A stretch of 64,000 bases of DNA from Macrostomum lignano (lineage: Eukaryota), in NCBI GenBank assembly GCA_002269645.1, contig NIVC01000356.1, positions 62,001 to 126,000 of the forward strand, written 5' to 3'. The notes beneath the pieces are model-generated. The model did not search any database and had not been told where the DNA came from. It saw nothing but the letters and a program-made list of their open reading frames with translations. Below, in pieces: positions 9,928 through 21,700 of the stretch. Each line of letters opens with the position of its first letter. The first letter of the stretch is position 1. Both the position numbers and the translations under genes were made by a program.

Positions 9928-12900
9928 TCAGACCGGCGGCAGCAGCAGCATCTCAGCCTCCATCATCGAGTAGGAGAAGCCAAACGGATTATACCAGACG
10001 ATTCCGGAAGCGTCCAGGCTGCGAAATGTGTCAGCTGAGTAGTTGAAGTACCGCCCGTTCAGGTGGGCATTGTGGCAGCAGCCGAACCACCAGGCGCCGA
10101 TGTAGCGCGTGGCGCAGTTGGCGCCGTCACCGCAGGCGCAGTTGTTGACGTCCCGCGTGCTGAACGGCTTGCTCCTGTGGATGTACATGGAGTCGTCCAG
10201 GTTGCCAGAGTAGCCGGTCCAGTCAATTCTATATTTGTCAGCTTCAGGCCCGACCCTGAATGAGCGGAGTTCGGCCCAGAACACGGTGGCGTTCCACAGG
10301 GTGAGCTCGATGCGGAGGGTTCGAGATCCCGGCTGGCCGGTGGTGAGCTGGTGCATCGCGTCCAGGCCTGGGGCAGAGAGTCAGTTTTTTAGCTGAGCAC
10401 TTTGAGCACTGCGTCTGCCTGAGCACTCCAATTGTTGGAGCACTCTGTCTACCTGAGAACTCGATCTACCTGACAAACTCAATCTACCTGACAAACTCAA
10501 TCTACCTGACAAACTCAATCTACCTGACAAACTCAATCTACCTGACAAACTCAATCTACCTGAGAACTCAATCTACCTGACAAACTCAATCTACCTGACA
10601 AACTCAATCTACCTGACAAACTCAATCTACCTGACAAACTCAATCTACCTGAGAACTCAATCTACCTGACAAACTGAATCTACCTGAGAACTCCAATCTA
10701 CCTGAGAACTCAATCTACCTGACAAACTCAATCTACCTGACAAACTCAATCTACCTGACAAACTCAATCTACCTGACAAACTCAATCTACCTGACAAACT
10801 CAATCTACCTGAGAACTCATTCTACCTGACAAACTCAATCTACCTGAGAACTCAATCTACCTGAGAACTCATTCTACCTGAGAACTCAATCTACCTGAGA
10901 ACTCCAATCTACCTGACAAACTCAATCTACCTGAGAACTCAATCTACCTGAGAACTCCAATCTACCTGACAAACTCAATCTACCTGACAAACTCAATCTA
11001 CCTGACAAACTCAATCTACCTGAGAACTCATTCTACCTGACAAACTCAATCTACCTGAGAACTCAATCTACCTGAGAACTCATTCTACCTGAGAACTCAA
11101 TCTACCTGAGAACTCCAATCTACCTGACAAACTCAATCTACCTGACAAACTCAATCTACCTGACAAACTCAATCTACCTGAGAACTCAATCTACCTGACA
11201 AACTCAATCTACCTGACAAACTCAATCTACCTGACAAACTCAATCTACCTGACAAACTCAATCTACCTGACAAACTCAATCTACCTGAGAAACTCAATCT
11301 ACCTGACAAACTCAATCTACCTGAGAACTGAATCTACCTGACAAACTCAATCTACCTGACAAACTCATTCTACCTGAACACTCCATGACAAAATGAAAAG
11401 CGTCACACCTACAGACACTCAAAGATACTAGTCTTGCTCTTTACAATCACAGCACCCAGGTGTCCGAGCACTCACCGAGCCAGAAGTTGCAGTTCTCGCC
11501 AGTCCCAAAGCCGGCCTTATAGTCGGCCCAGGTGCGGTAGAAACTGACCGAATCCGACACTCGGTGCTGAATGGTCTTCCAGCACTTGGCCAAGTGGCTG
11601 CTTCGAATCTGCGTTCGTTCAATTTTTTCATTGTTCTTTTCCGAGAAAGAATCAACAATGCAAGCTGCATTTCTATTGCAGATTCTTTAGATTTTTTGGC
11701 AGACTGACTGGTAAACAGTGGCCAAAAATTTAACTTGCAGTTTCTTCCTACACAAATGCGCGCTATAGTCTACTGTTAGTAGAGTACCAAACTGAATTAC
11801 GAGCTAATAATTAGCTACAGCCTGAGAGCCTGAGAGAGGGCATTGCTGCCCATTCCGCCGACTCCCCTGAGCAGGCACACAAGCGCGCGGATACGTACGC
11901 AGTCATACGCGCAGGCACACACTCACACAGGAGTGTACAGCGGCCCTGACTTTATTTATCGTTAGGCATGTACACTTCACTGTGTCTTGGGAGTTGGTTC
12001 TCTCAAGGGCGTCAACTGCACGAGCAGAGCCAAGCCCAGTTTCTAATTCAGCCCCAAATTAATGTGACTGCACTTGGAATCGAGCCTGGGCCGCTGGAAC
12101 ATCAGAGCACTACGCTACGGCCCCTGGTGTTCAACTATTAAATTATTTCTCTTTTATTCTTTCCAACACGCACAGTCATTATGAAATTAATTAACAGTTT
12201 TATGCACACAGGTTTTTTATTTGCCACTAACTGTCTTTACCCGTGTGGATAAGTTACATACACATGCGCCATTGTTGGCTGTAAAGTCATTCTAAATGCT
12301 AATGTATATTGACATTCCATTAGTTCTGTTTGCAGATCATGCAGATCATGCGGATGGCCCATCGCGTTTAACTTGGCTCTGGAAAATAACAATTGACACA
12401 AACGCACTCTGGGGGCAGGATAAAACTGATTATCAATGTTTAACAGCCGGTCAATTTTATTTGATGAGCGCCACACATCAAATAAATAGGCTTTTAGTGC
12501 CACACAAATTTTGTTTTGATGCTGGGTGCCTGACGATCAAAATCAATAAATAATAGAGGCTCCATCCTGGCTTACTGCAAGTACTGTGGCAGCGTTGGGT
12601 ATTGATATTTAGTGACTGGCACTAATCTGTTAGACACAGGCACTAATATGTTAGACACAGGCACTAATATGTTAGACACGAGCACTAATCTGTTAGATAC
12701 GGACAATAATTTGTTAAATACGGGAACTAATTTGTTAGATACGGGCACTAATCTGTTAGACACGAGCACTAAATTGTTAGACACGAGCACTAATCTGTTA
12801 GACACGGACACTAATCTGTTTGACATGAGCACTAATCTGTTAGACACGATCACTAATCTGTTAGACACGAGCACTAACCTGTTAGACACGGGCACTAAAC

Positions 12901-13447
12901 TGTTAGACACGGGCAATAACCTGTTAGACACGGGCACTAACCTGTTAGACACGGGCACTAACCTGTTAGACACGGGCACTAAACTGTTAGACACGGGCAC
13001 TAAACTGTTAGACACGGATACTAATCTGTTAGACACGGGCACTAATCTGTTAGACACGGATACTAATCTGTTAGACACGGGCACTAAACTGTTAGACACG
13101 GGCACTAAACTGTTAGACCCGGCACTCACCCAGACAGTCAGCTGGCTTCCAGCTTGTATCAGTCGGCACTTGACGCTGCAGTCGGGCGCCCCGCCAGGGC
13201 AGCCGAAGAGTCGGCAGTGGCCGGCGGCGAGATCAAAGGCGGCCAGCTGAGCGGATTCCGCCCGGGTGGCCAGCTGGGCGCAGTGCTCCAAGGAGCTCGA
13301 TGGCTCGGCGGCGCCCACTTGTTGATAGGTGGAGCTCAGCGATTCCGCGTCCGCCGAGCCGCGCTGCCAGGTAGCTATGACTGATGCGTCACCATGGCAA
13401 CTAAGCGTCGCCAGGGCTGCCATCAATGCATTCAGTAGGTATAGCAT
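9928..13447 (-). CDS. Secreted protein: signal peptide + PAN/apple-like Cys domain + fibrinogen C-terminal (FReD) domain, 3 exons, about 296 aa
   Basis: Exons 13447-13130, 11608-11476 and 10367-9928 are phase-compatible (GTGAGT donors, CAG acceptors). FReD motifs: [69 protein letters not shown]. Confidence 0.85.
10440..11380 (-). repeat. 18-bp minisatellite (GTAGATTGAGTTTGTCAG on the sense strand) in FReD intron 2
   Basis: About 50 copies. Confidence 0.92.
11841..12126 (-). mobile_element. SINE family A, copy 2 (3'-truncated)
   Basis: By eye the body is identical over about 250 bp to copy 3 (29878-30244). Confidence 0.82.
12615..13120 (-). repeat. 21-bp minisatellite (GTCTAACAG(G/A/T)TTAGTGCCCGT) in FReD intron 1
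   Basis: About 24 copies directly after the exon 1 donor. Confidence 0.9.
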
Positions 13448-14049
13448 AGTGCGAGTGTAATTTTTCCTCTTCTAATTGTTCGGAAAGTGTAGGCCAGTTG
13501 CATGCATTTATTTCGGCGCAGCACAGAAAAAATTACCCACGTGAGGGAAGTGGGAGTTTTGCCACAGCGAATCGGGCAACGCTGCATCCACTCTCCCCCC
13601 ACCACACCCCAGCTGCCTAGCAACAAATAAGCGCGAATGTAAACTGTATGGCCAAACACACGGATTTGCAAAGATTTGCTTTGTTGCAAAGACGAAATTT
13701 TAGCCTGAAAGAAGACTCCCCTTGCCTGCCAGTCAAGAACACAGCTAGTGCATCACCTCAAAAGAAAGGCATACCAGCTCTCGGAAGTCTAGCAGATGTG
13801 ATTTTTTTACCATCTGAGTGCTAAAAAACGGAAAACTTCCTCGTATCGCAAATGCATTCGGCAACGAAACCCTCGGCCACGAGCGAAACTTGCTGGACTT
13901 GCGAGTGCAGTATTGTTCTGCTTCAGCTGCCATCGTCAGTTCGTTGGTTCGTGCCTACAGTGTCAGTGACTGCTGTCAGTTTGAAATAGTCTCCATTTGT
14001 CTCTGTAAATGTACATTCAAGTGTTTAGTGTCTGCCTATCTAGCTGTCC

Positions 14050-14692
14050 GTATAATCTGTTGGAGTCTGTCTGTCTTAGTGTTTGTCTGTCTTTTTGTCC
14101 GCCTGTCTGTCTTTCTTAGTGTCTGTCTGTCTGTCTCCCTGTCTTAGTGTCTGTCTGTCTGTCTACCAGCCAGTCTGCCTATCTGTCTGTCTGCCTGTCT
14201 GTCTGTCTCCCTGTCCTTCTCTCTGTCTTAGTGTCTGTCTGTCTGCCTGTCTGCCTGTCTGTCTGTCTGTCTGTCTACCAGCCAGTCTGTCTGTCTGCCT
14301 GTCTGTCTGTCTACCAGCCAGTCTGTCTGTCTGCCTGTCTGTCTGTCTACCAGCCAGTCTGTCTGTCTGCCTGTCTTAGTGCCTGTCTGTCTACCAGCCA
14401 GTCTGTCTGTCTGCCTGTCTGTCTGTCTGTCTGTCTACCAGCCAGTCTGCCTATCTGTCTGTCTGCCTGTCTGTCTGTCTCCCTGTCCTTCTCTCTGTCT
14501 TAGTGTCTGTCTGTCTGTCTGTCTGTCTACCAGCCAGTCTGTCTGTCTGCCTGTCTGTCTGTCTGTCTACCAGCCAGTCTGTCTGTCTGCCTGTCTGTCT
14601 GTCTACCAGCCAGTCTGTCTGTCTGCCTGTCTTAGTGCCTGGCTGTCTACCAGCCAGTCTGTCTGTCTGCCTGTCTGTCTGTCTACCAGCCA

Positions 14693-14736
<44 letters not shown>

Positions 14737-14875
14737 CCTGTCTTAGTGTCTGCCTGTCTGTCTGTCTGTCTGCCTGTCTGTCTGTCTCACTGTCCTTCTC
14801 TCTGTCTTAGTGTCTGTCTGTCTGTCTGTATGTCTGTCTGTCTGTCTGCCTGTCTGTCTGTCTGTCTGCCTGCCA
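14050..14875 (+). repeat. Compound (CTGT)n microsatellite
   Basis: Direct inspection. Confidence 0.9.
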
Positions 14876-15364
14876 GCCGGTCCGTCCCCAGCCCTGGCAA
14901 AGTGCAGTCCTGCACCGCAATCGTCATCAGTGATCCGCGGCGGCTCCGTGCTGCGTTGGCAGACGTGTCAAAAAATGAAAATCTGACACAGCAACAGGAT
15001 TCACGCCAATGTTTAACTTGCCTGCCTATCAGTTTACAGTAAAAAACCTGGGAATTTCTTTCAAAGCAGGATACCTGTCAGTTTTACGGGTGCCAATATT
15101 TGCCTTTATTTAGACAGATTTCAACAAAGATATGCTCTCTAGTTTAGCAAGACAATCGCATGCAGAAATTCAGAAAGCAAAAAATGCACTCGAGAACAAT
15201 TGTTATTATATATTCAAAAATGCCATGGCTTGTGGCCTGTGACTTCAGATAATAATCTATAGTTAATCGCACAGCAAATGCCATTAAAGAGAGTCTGTCA
15301 TCAACCAATGCAAGCATGATTCTTTTAATAGCGGGAAGACGGAAAGATATGTACGTCTGATGGA

Positions 15365-15569
15365 TAGACAGACAGACGGACAGGCGCAGAGACAGACAGA
15401 CAGCCGGACAGGCGCAGAGACAGACAGACAGCCAGACAGACAGGCAGACAGACAGACAGACAGACAGCCAGACAGACAGAGACAAGCAGACAGACAGGCA
15501 GGCAGACAGACAGACGGACAGACACAGACAGACACAGACAGACAGACAGAGACAAGCAGACAGACAGGC

Positions 15570-15626
<57 letters not shown>

Positions 15627-15627
15627 T

Positions 15628-15684
<57 letters not shown>

Positions 15685-15685
15685 A
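15365..15685 (+). repeat. (GACA)n microsatellite
   Basis: Direct inspection. Confidence 0.9.
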
Positions 15686-15786
15686 AGGATAGAGCATAGA
15701 GACAAAGAAGAACAGACATCATTGCCAGCCCAATGAGCATCCAAGGCAGTTGAGCTGAGCTTCATCAGTCAAGGCAGCTGGACGCC

Positions 15787-18700
15787 TCAGCTCAGATGCA
15801 GCGTCTCCAGCGACCTGTTTCTAGGAAACCGGCCAGCCTCCGGATTCGGGCACCGCAAAATCACATCGAACCGGCGCATGAACTGCAGGAAGCTGTCGCG
15901 CCGGAAGGCCACCCGGAAGTCGAGTCGGACGGCGTCCAACAGGCGGCGAAGTCGGCGCGGACAGCGGCAGCACCGGCCGGGAGCGGCGGAGTTCAACAGC
16001 GGCCAGAGTTCGGCGACTTCGTCGTCAGTGCCAGCGGCCGTCAGCTGGGGGAAGATGGCGTCTCGATAGCGGGCTGCCTCGGTGGAAGCGTCCGCCTTGG
16101 TAACCGGCTGGCTGCTTTGGCGCAGCAGAAACTGCCTCAACGGTTCGGCCAGCGCCTCGCGCAGCTCCGGCCGGCGCCAGGCGCTCGGCTGTCCGAGCTC
16201 GGCGCGGGTCTCCGCCGGCCAATCGTCGCCGCCGACCTCCTGGCAGGCGGCAGACGACGGCGCCTTGGACAGCAGGCGGTCGGACCAGGCCAGGTAGTCC
16301 GGGTACCAGGCGGGCCTGTCGCAGATCCGGCCGGCAGACACGCAGCGTCGGTAGTCGCTGAACCAAGCCGAGTAGTTGAACAACAAAGACTTGGAAGAGT
16401 CTTTATCCGCAGATAATAGCGGAGCCGCCTGCTTTAGGCATTTCTCCTGAAGAGAATTTTTATCATGGGACATTCTTTGCGCAAATCATTCAAATTCAAA
16501 CTTCACAAAAGCAATCCGGCCCACTCGAGGTTTGTGTCTCTTCCTCAGCTCTCTAGTCTAGTCTAGTCTCATCTCTTCTCTTCTCTCCTCTCTTCTCTCT
16601 TCTCTTCTCTCCTCTCTTCTCTTCTCTCTTCTCTTCTCTCCTCTCCTCTCTTCTCTTCTCTTCTCTCTTCTCTTCTCTCTTCTCTTCGCTCCTCTCTTCT
16701 CTCCTCTCTTCTCTCCTCTCCTCCCGTCTCTCCTCTCTTCTCTCTTCTCCTCTCTTCTCTTCTCTTCTCTTCTCTTCTCTTCTCTTCTCTCCTCTCCTCT
16801 CTTATCTCTTCTCTCCTCTCTTCCCGTCTCTCCTCTCTTCTCTCCTCTCCTCCCGTCTCTCTTCTCTCCTTTCTTCTCCTCTCTTCTCTCGTCTCTCCTC
16901 TTTTCTCTCTTCTCTTCCCTCCTCTCTCCTCTCCTCTCCTTTTCTCTTCTCTCTATTCTCTGCTCTCCTCTGTTCTTTATCCTCTCCTTTCTTTTCCTCT
17001 CCTCTCTTTTTATTTATTCCCTCGCCTCTCTTTCCTCCCATCTCTCTTCTTTATTCCCTTCCCTTTCTTTCCCATCCTCCGGCCAGCAGTCATGCGCCAG
17101 GCTCTCTATGTGGCCCTTGAGGTAAAAAAGTTTGCCTGACACCTGCCATAAGGGATCTTAGCCTAGTGGTTAGAGCGTCGGACTCACGACCGAAAGGTCG
17201 GGGGTTCGATTATCGACATTATCGGAAAAATTTGTGTCCTTGAGCAAGGCGCATTGCTTCAGTTCACCCAGCTGTAAAATGGGTGCCAGCATTAGCTGGG
17301 GGTAATTGAGGGTGTGTGGCGACCCCCGCCCCAGTCCTTGGACTCAACAGCCGTACACAGCCTTCAGATGCGCCATTAGGGCAGGTGTAATCAATAATAA
17401 TTATTAATTCGTATCTAGTTAGGCACAATCACCTGTTCATCTGTCGGTGACCAGCTGTCATCAGGGGACGATTCCTGCTGCTGACTCGGCTCAAACTTGA
17501 ACTCATACTGACCAGCATCATCATCTACATCAACAGTCTCGCGTTTGCACCGGACTTCAGCATCTGAGACATCGACCTGTTGCTCCTCATCGGCTGAGCT
17601 GCTCTCAGCACTACTTGAGTCGGCATCATCACCAGCCGAGCTGTCCCCACTGCAGCCTCCCAGCTCGGACTCCGCCGCATCGTCATCTGCATCATCGTCG
17701 GCATCTTCATCAACCGCAGACTCCGCCTCGGTGTCATCGTCATAGCAACCGGCTTCATCATCTTCATCAGCAGCAGCATTCTTCTCCCGGGAGTCTGGAC
17801 AGCCGATGCCGCTCAGGTAGCACAGGGCCAGCAGCACGAGGCTGATGGCCAGCTTGTCCACTTCGAAATAGACCGCGGATTTGGCCATTTCGATTTCGAA
17901 TCCCGTCACATCCTGGTTGCTAAGCGGATGCCTAGCCGAATAGTTCCCTAGCAACCGAGTTGCTAGGCGGGACACAAACTCGGTCAGCTGGTCGGGCAGG
18001 CGCATCCGGTCGATAACGTAGGCGCAGATGGTGAGGAACCGGTGCCGGGGGAACACCCGGATGCTGAGCAGGCTGCTCAGGCGGGCCACAATCTCCACTA
18101 GGGTGTCGTAGCTGGGGGAGAGAAGATGAGGATTTGGGAGCGGCTTAGTAATGGAATTGTGGGCTGGCCGCCCCATAGCTTGCAGCTCCATAGGCACTTA
18201 AATTCACAGTGACCTGTGAGACTCAAAACAGCTACTCATAGATTCACAGTGATCGGTGAGAATCAAAACCTACTGGAGCGGCAGTGACCCTCATTCAGCT
18301 GACTCACCGAGGCGCCGAGGACCTTCGCAGCATGGCGGCCACCCCGGGCTCGGTGACGCAGTACCGCTCAGGCAGCCGGCGCAAGGAATCAAAGTAGGGC
18401 ACCTGGCCCACGGCAACCAGGTGTAACAGGTGCGACAGGCAGACGATTGGAGAAGCGACCGACGCCTCCAGCTGGCAGGTGATGTACAGCAGAGCGAGGT
18501 TGGTCTCGTTCAGCTTCTGGCCGGCCAGGCGTGTCCGGAGCAGCGGCCGGCCGGCCGAGGCCAGCTGGCGGGCGCGAAACGTCGACCGGAGCCCGGGCGG
18601 CGGTGGCTGCTCAGACGACGGCTGGCCGCGCGATTTCGACGACTCGTCATGGCGAAGCAGCCGACGAAGCGAACGCGCCACCGACTGCGACGTAATCGAG

Positions 18701-21700
18701 TGAGCGTCGTCGTCAAGTTCGTCGTCGTCAGCGTCGTCGCTGATGCTCGTGTAGAAATCGGCGTCGGAATCGTCCGAGTCCTCCCTGTGTGTTTTAATTG
18801 CCATTTTTACTCACATTTTTACTTACATTTACGCACATTTTTACTCATAGTAGGGCAGAACGCTTAAAGCTTTATTTCTTGCACACAACTTTGGGATAGT
18901 AAAATATCCAGATGATTATTGATTCTCTGTGTGATTATTGAATGATTCTCTGTGTGATTATTGGATGATTTTCTGTGTGATTATTGGCTGATTATGTGTG
19001 ATTATTGGATGATTTTCTGTGTGATTATTGGCTGATTATGTGTGATTATTGAATGATTCTCTGTGTAATTATTGAATGATTCTCTATGTGATTAATGTAT
19101 GATTTTCTGTGTGATTATTTGATGATTCTGTGTGATTATTGAATGATTCTCTGTGTGATTATTGGCTGATTATGTGTGATTATTGAATGATTCTCTGTGT
19201 GATTGTTGATTGATTCTCTGTGTGATTATTAGATGACTTTCTGTTGACTGTTTAAAAAAATCATTTTTGGTGGTTCTCCTGAAAACCTGATCTGAAAGAT
19301 TTTCTTCGAGAATTTATTTTCAAAGGTGATTATTTGTGCACAATTACAAGAGCCGAGACCGTATGTACGAGTATTACTAGATTAAAACAAACGAAATCCC
19401 AAAGCACCTCGCCAGGCCAAGGTCGCAAAGCTCCCCGCCAGCGGCGCTCAACTGGGCAAGAGTGTCGGCCAGGTCGGCCTCCGTAATTTTGTCCGGTCGG
19501 GCCCGTTTCTGCCGGACAGTGCGGCCTCTGCCTACGCCGCCGCCGCCTGAGGAGTGAACAGTAGAACGCTTGTAATAAAAGTGAGCACTGGCTTGGCAGT
19601 AAACTTTAAAGACTTAAGTGAAATTGCTTTGTCTATTTAGCTGCATGTAATTTTGTTGTTTGTCACTTCGTCCACAAATTCCGTCCTTGCTCCTGTCTGT
19701 CTGTCTGTCTGTCTGTCTTTCTGTGTCTTAGTGTCCGTCTGCCTGGTCTAGCTGAGAAAGTGAGACACTGACAACTCAATCAGAGGCAGACTCTGAGTAG
19801 GAACGACTCTGCAGTTCATCTCTCTTGCTATTACGCACGTGCTCACTACGCGTAAACTTTATGATTGATCAATTTATACGAGTCTATTGATTGGTCAAGT
19901 TGTCTTACTGTATGATATATTGTATAATTTGTCTATCTGTCTATCTATCTATCTATCTGACACCAACCGTAGTGCTTGCGTGCCCATTGTCATTCCTTTC
20001 ACGATCTACTCTGGGCTCATCGTACACCAAATCAGATCGCTTATGGCTGAGCATGCCAAAGCGTTTGACACGGTGGCTGCGTACACACGAGAGCGAACTC
20101 TATAAAAACATTCTGTGCCCATCCAAACTCCCTGCATTATTTAAACTATTTTTAGTATATAGGATTTTTAGAATTCTGACTGCACGTGATCAAGCCGGGT
20201 ACTTCGTTTCTCATGGCTTCGCTCCCATCACTTCTAACAATTTATTGATTTTAATGTTCCCAGCAACCCTCTTTGACCGCTCATACTTTACAAACCATCG
20301 CTTTATTATTTCTCGCAAAAAATTTTTTACGGACCCTGACGAAGGCCACGATTTGGCCGAAAATTTGGTCGTCTACTTTATAAACAAAACAAGTTATACT
20401 TTCTCTCACTGTGTGTGCGGTTTTTATTCTTTTTTGTCTATCTATTCCCAGTACCAGTGTTGAGAAGTATTTTTTCTTTTTCCCTTTTCTTGTCCTCATT
20501 CTTTGGACGCAATGCCAAACAACGGCAGGACTTGGCATTCGAAACGCTAAAAAAATCAAGGCCATCAGCAGCAAGGCAGGAGCAATTCACGACCAGCGGA
20601 CAAACGCAACCAGCAGCCGCGTCACGGGAACCACGCTGATGATCTGCAGCGGCCTAGGCGGGAGCCGGAAGTTCCAAGGAACGGCAGCAGAGACAGGCGA
20701 GCAGGCCGAGACAGCCGCTGCGGGGGTAACACCCAGCGGACCGTGTTCAACCCGTTGTCAGCAGACGCTGCCCGCGTAGCCCGCCTGGTGAAACAACTTT
20801 TCCGCTCAGAACACCACCTTAACAACTGGAGGACAATCCCTTCTGGTGTGAAGCATAAGACCGAACAACTACGGACTTTTTTTTCAGGCTGGCCCTGCCG
20901 TCCAAAGCCTGCACTCGACGTCTGAAAGACAATGCAGAAGCCTGGGAGTCCAGCCTGGCATGCCAGTGAAGTATGAGACAGACTAGGCCTACGAGCTAAG
21001 GTCTGCGATGCTTCACGCCTGCCCCTATTTTCAGCAGGTCAAGGCTGGAGGGAGGTCTGCACCCTCTATTTGCCTCTGGCAGCCGCAGACCCCCCCCCAC
21101 CCACAGTCGACCAAGGGGTACTCGTCCCTGCGCGTGTTCAAGGCAGACCCTAGGGCTGCTGGACAGACTGGGCTCCGGCGCTGGCGACCCATCCAGTGGC
21201 TTCAGCCGAATTTGGGTATGCGGGTCTGGCTCGCCAGTCTGCAGGCCGTGGTGCTGCTTAACGTACCCTCTAATGCCTAAGGTGTTTGACCGTGCCGATG
21301 GGCTGGAAGGCCGGGGAGTAGTCCGGTCGCTAGCGGTCCCTTTTTCAAACCGGCTGGCTTGGGGTGTCGGCCAGTCAAATACTCAACTCGCGTAACGAGT
21401 AGCCCTACCCCGCTTTTCAGCTATGGCCACTAACGCCACCATCCCAAAAGAAACGGACCCGGTCGCCTTTGGCCCACCGGGATCAGCCGCTCCGGTAGCT
21501 ACCACTGGTAGCACCAACGCCCAACCTGGTCCAACCGGGCCAGATGACGCTGCCGCCGAGCACCCTGGCCGCCAGTCTAGCCGACCGCGCACGGCCGAGT
21601 CCCGATGGCAGCGAAACATCCGCCGCAACCGTAAGCGGCAGGAGAAGCGGGCTGCTGCTGCGTCCGCGGAGGGCGGGCAAGCCGCGGTGAGGCCTTCGGG

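Noticed and set aside
14083-15765. Cys/Leu/Ser/Val-rich ORFs
   Set aside because: They are translations of (CTGT)n microsatellites.
17070-17125. Extra TAF1B exon
   Set aside because: There is an acceptor-like site but no downstream GT donor before the purine tract.
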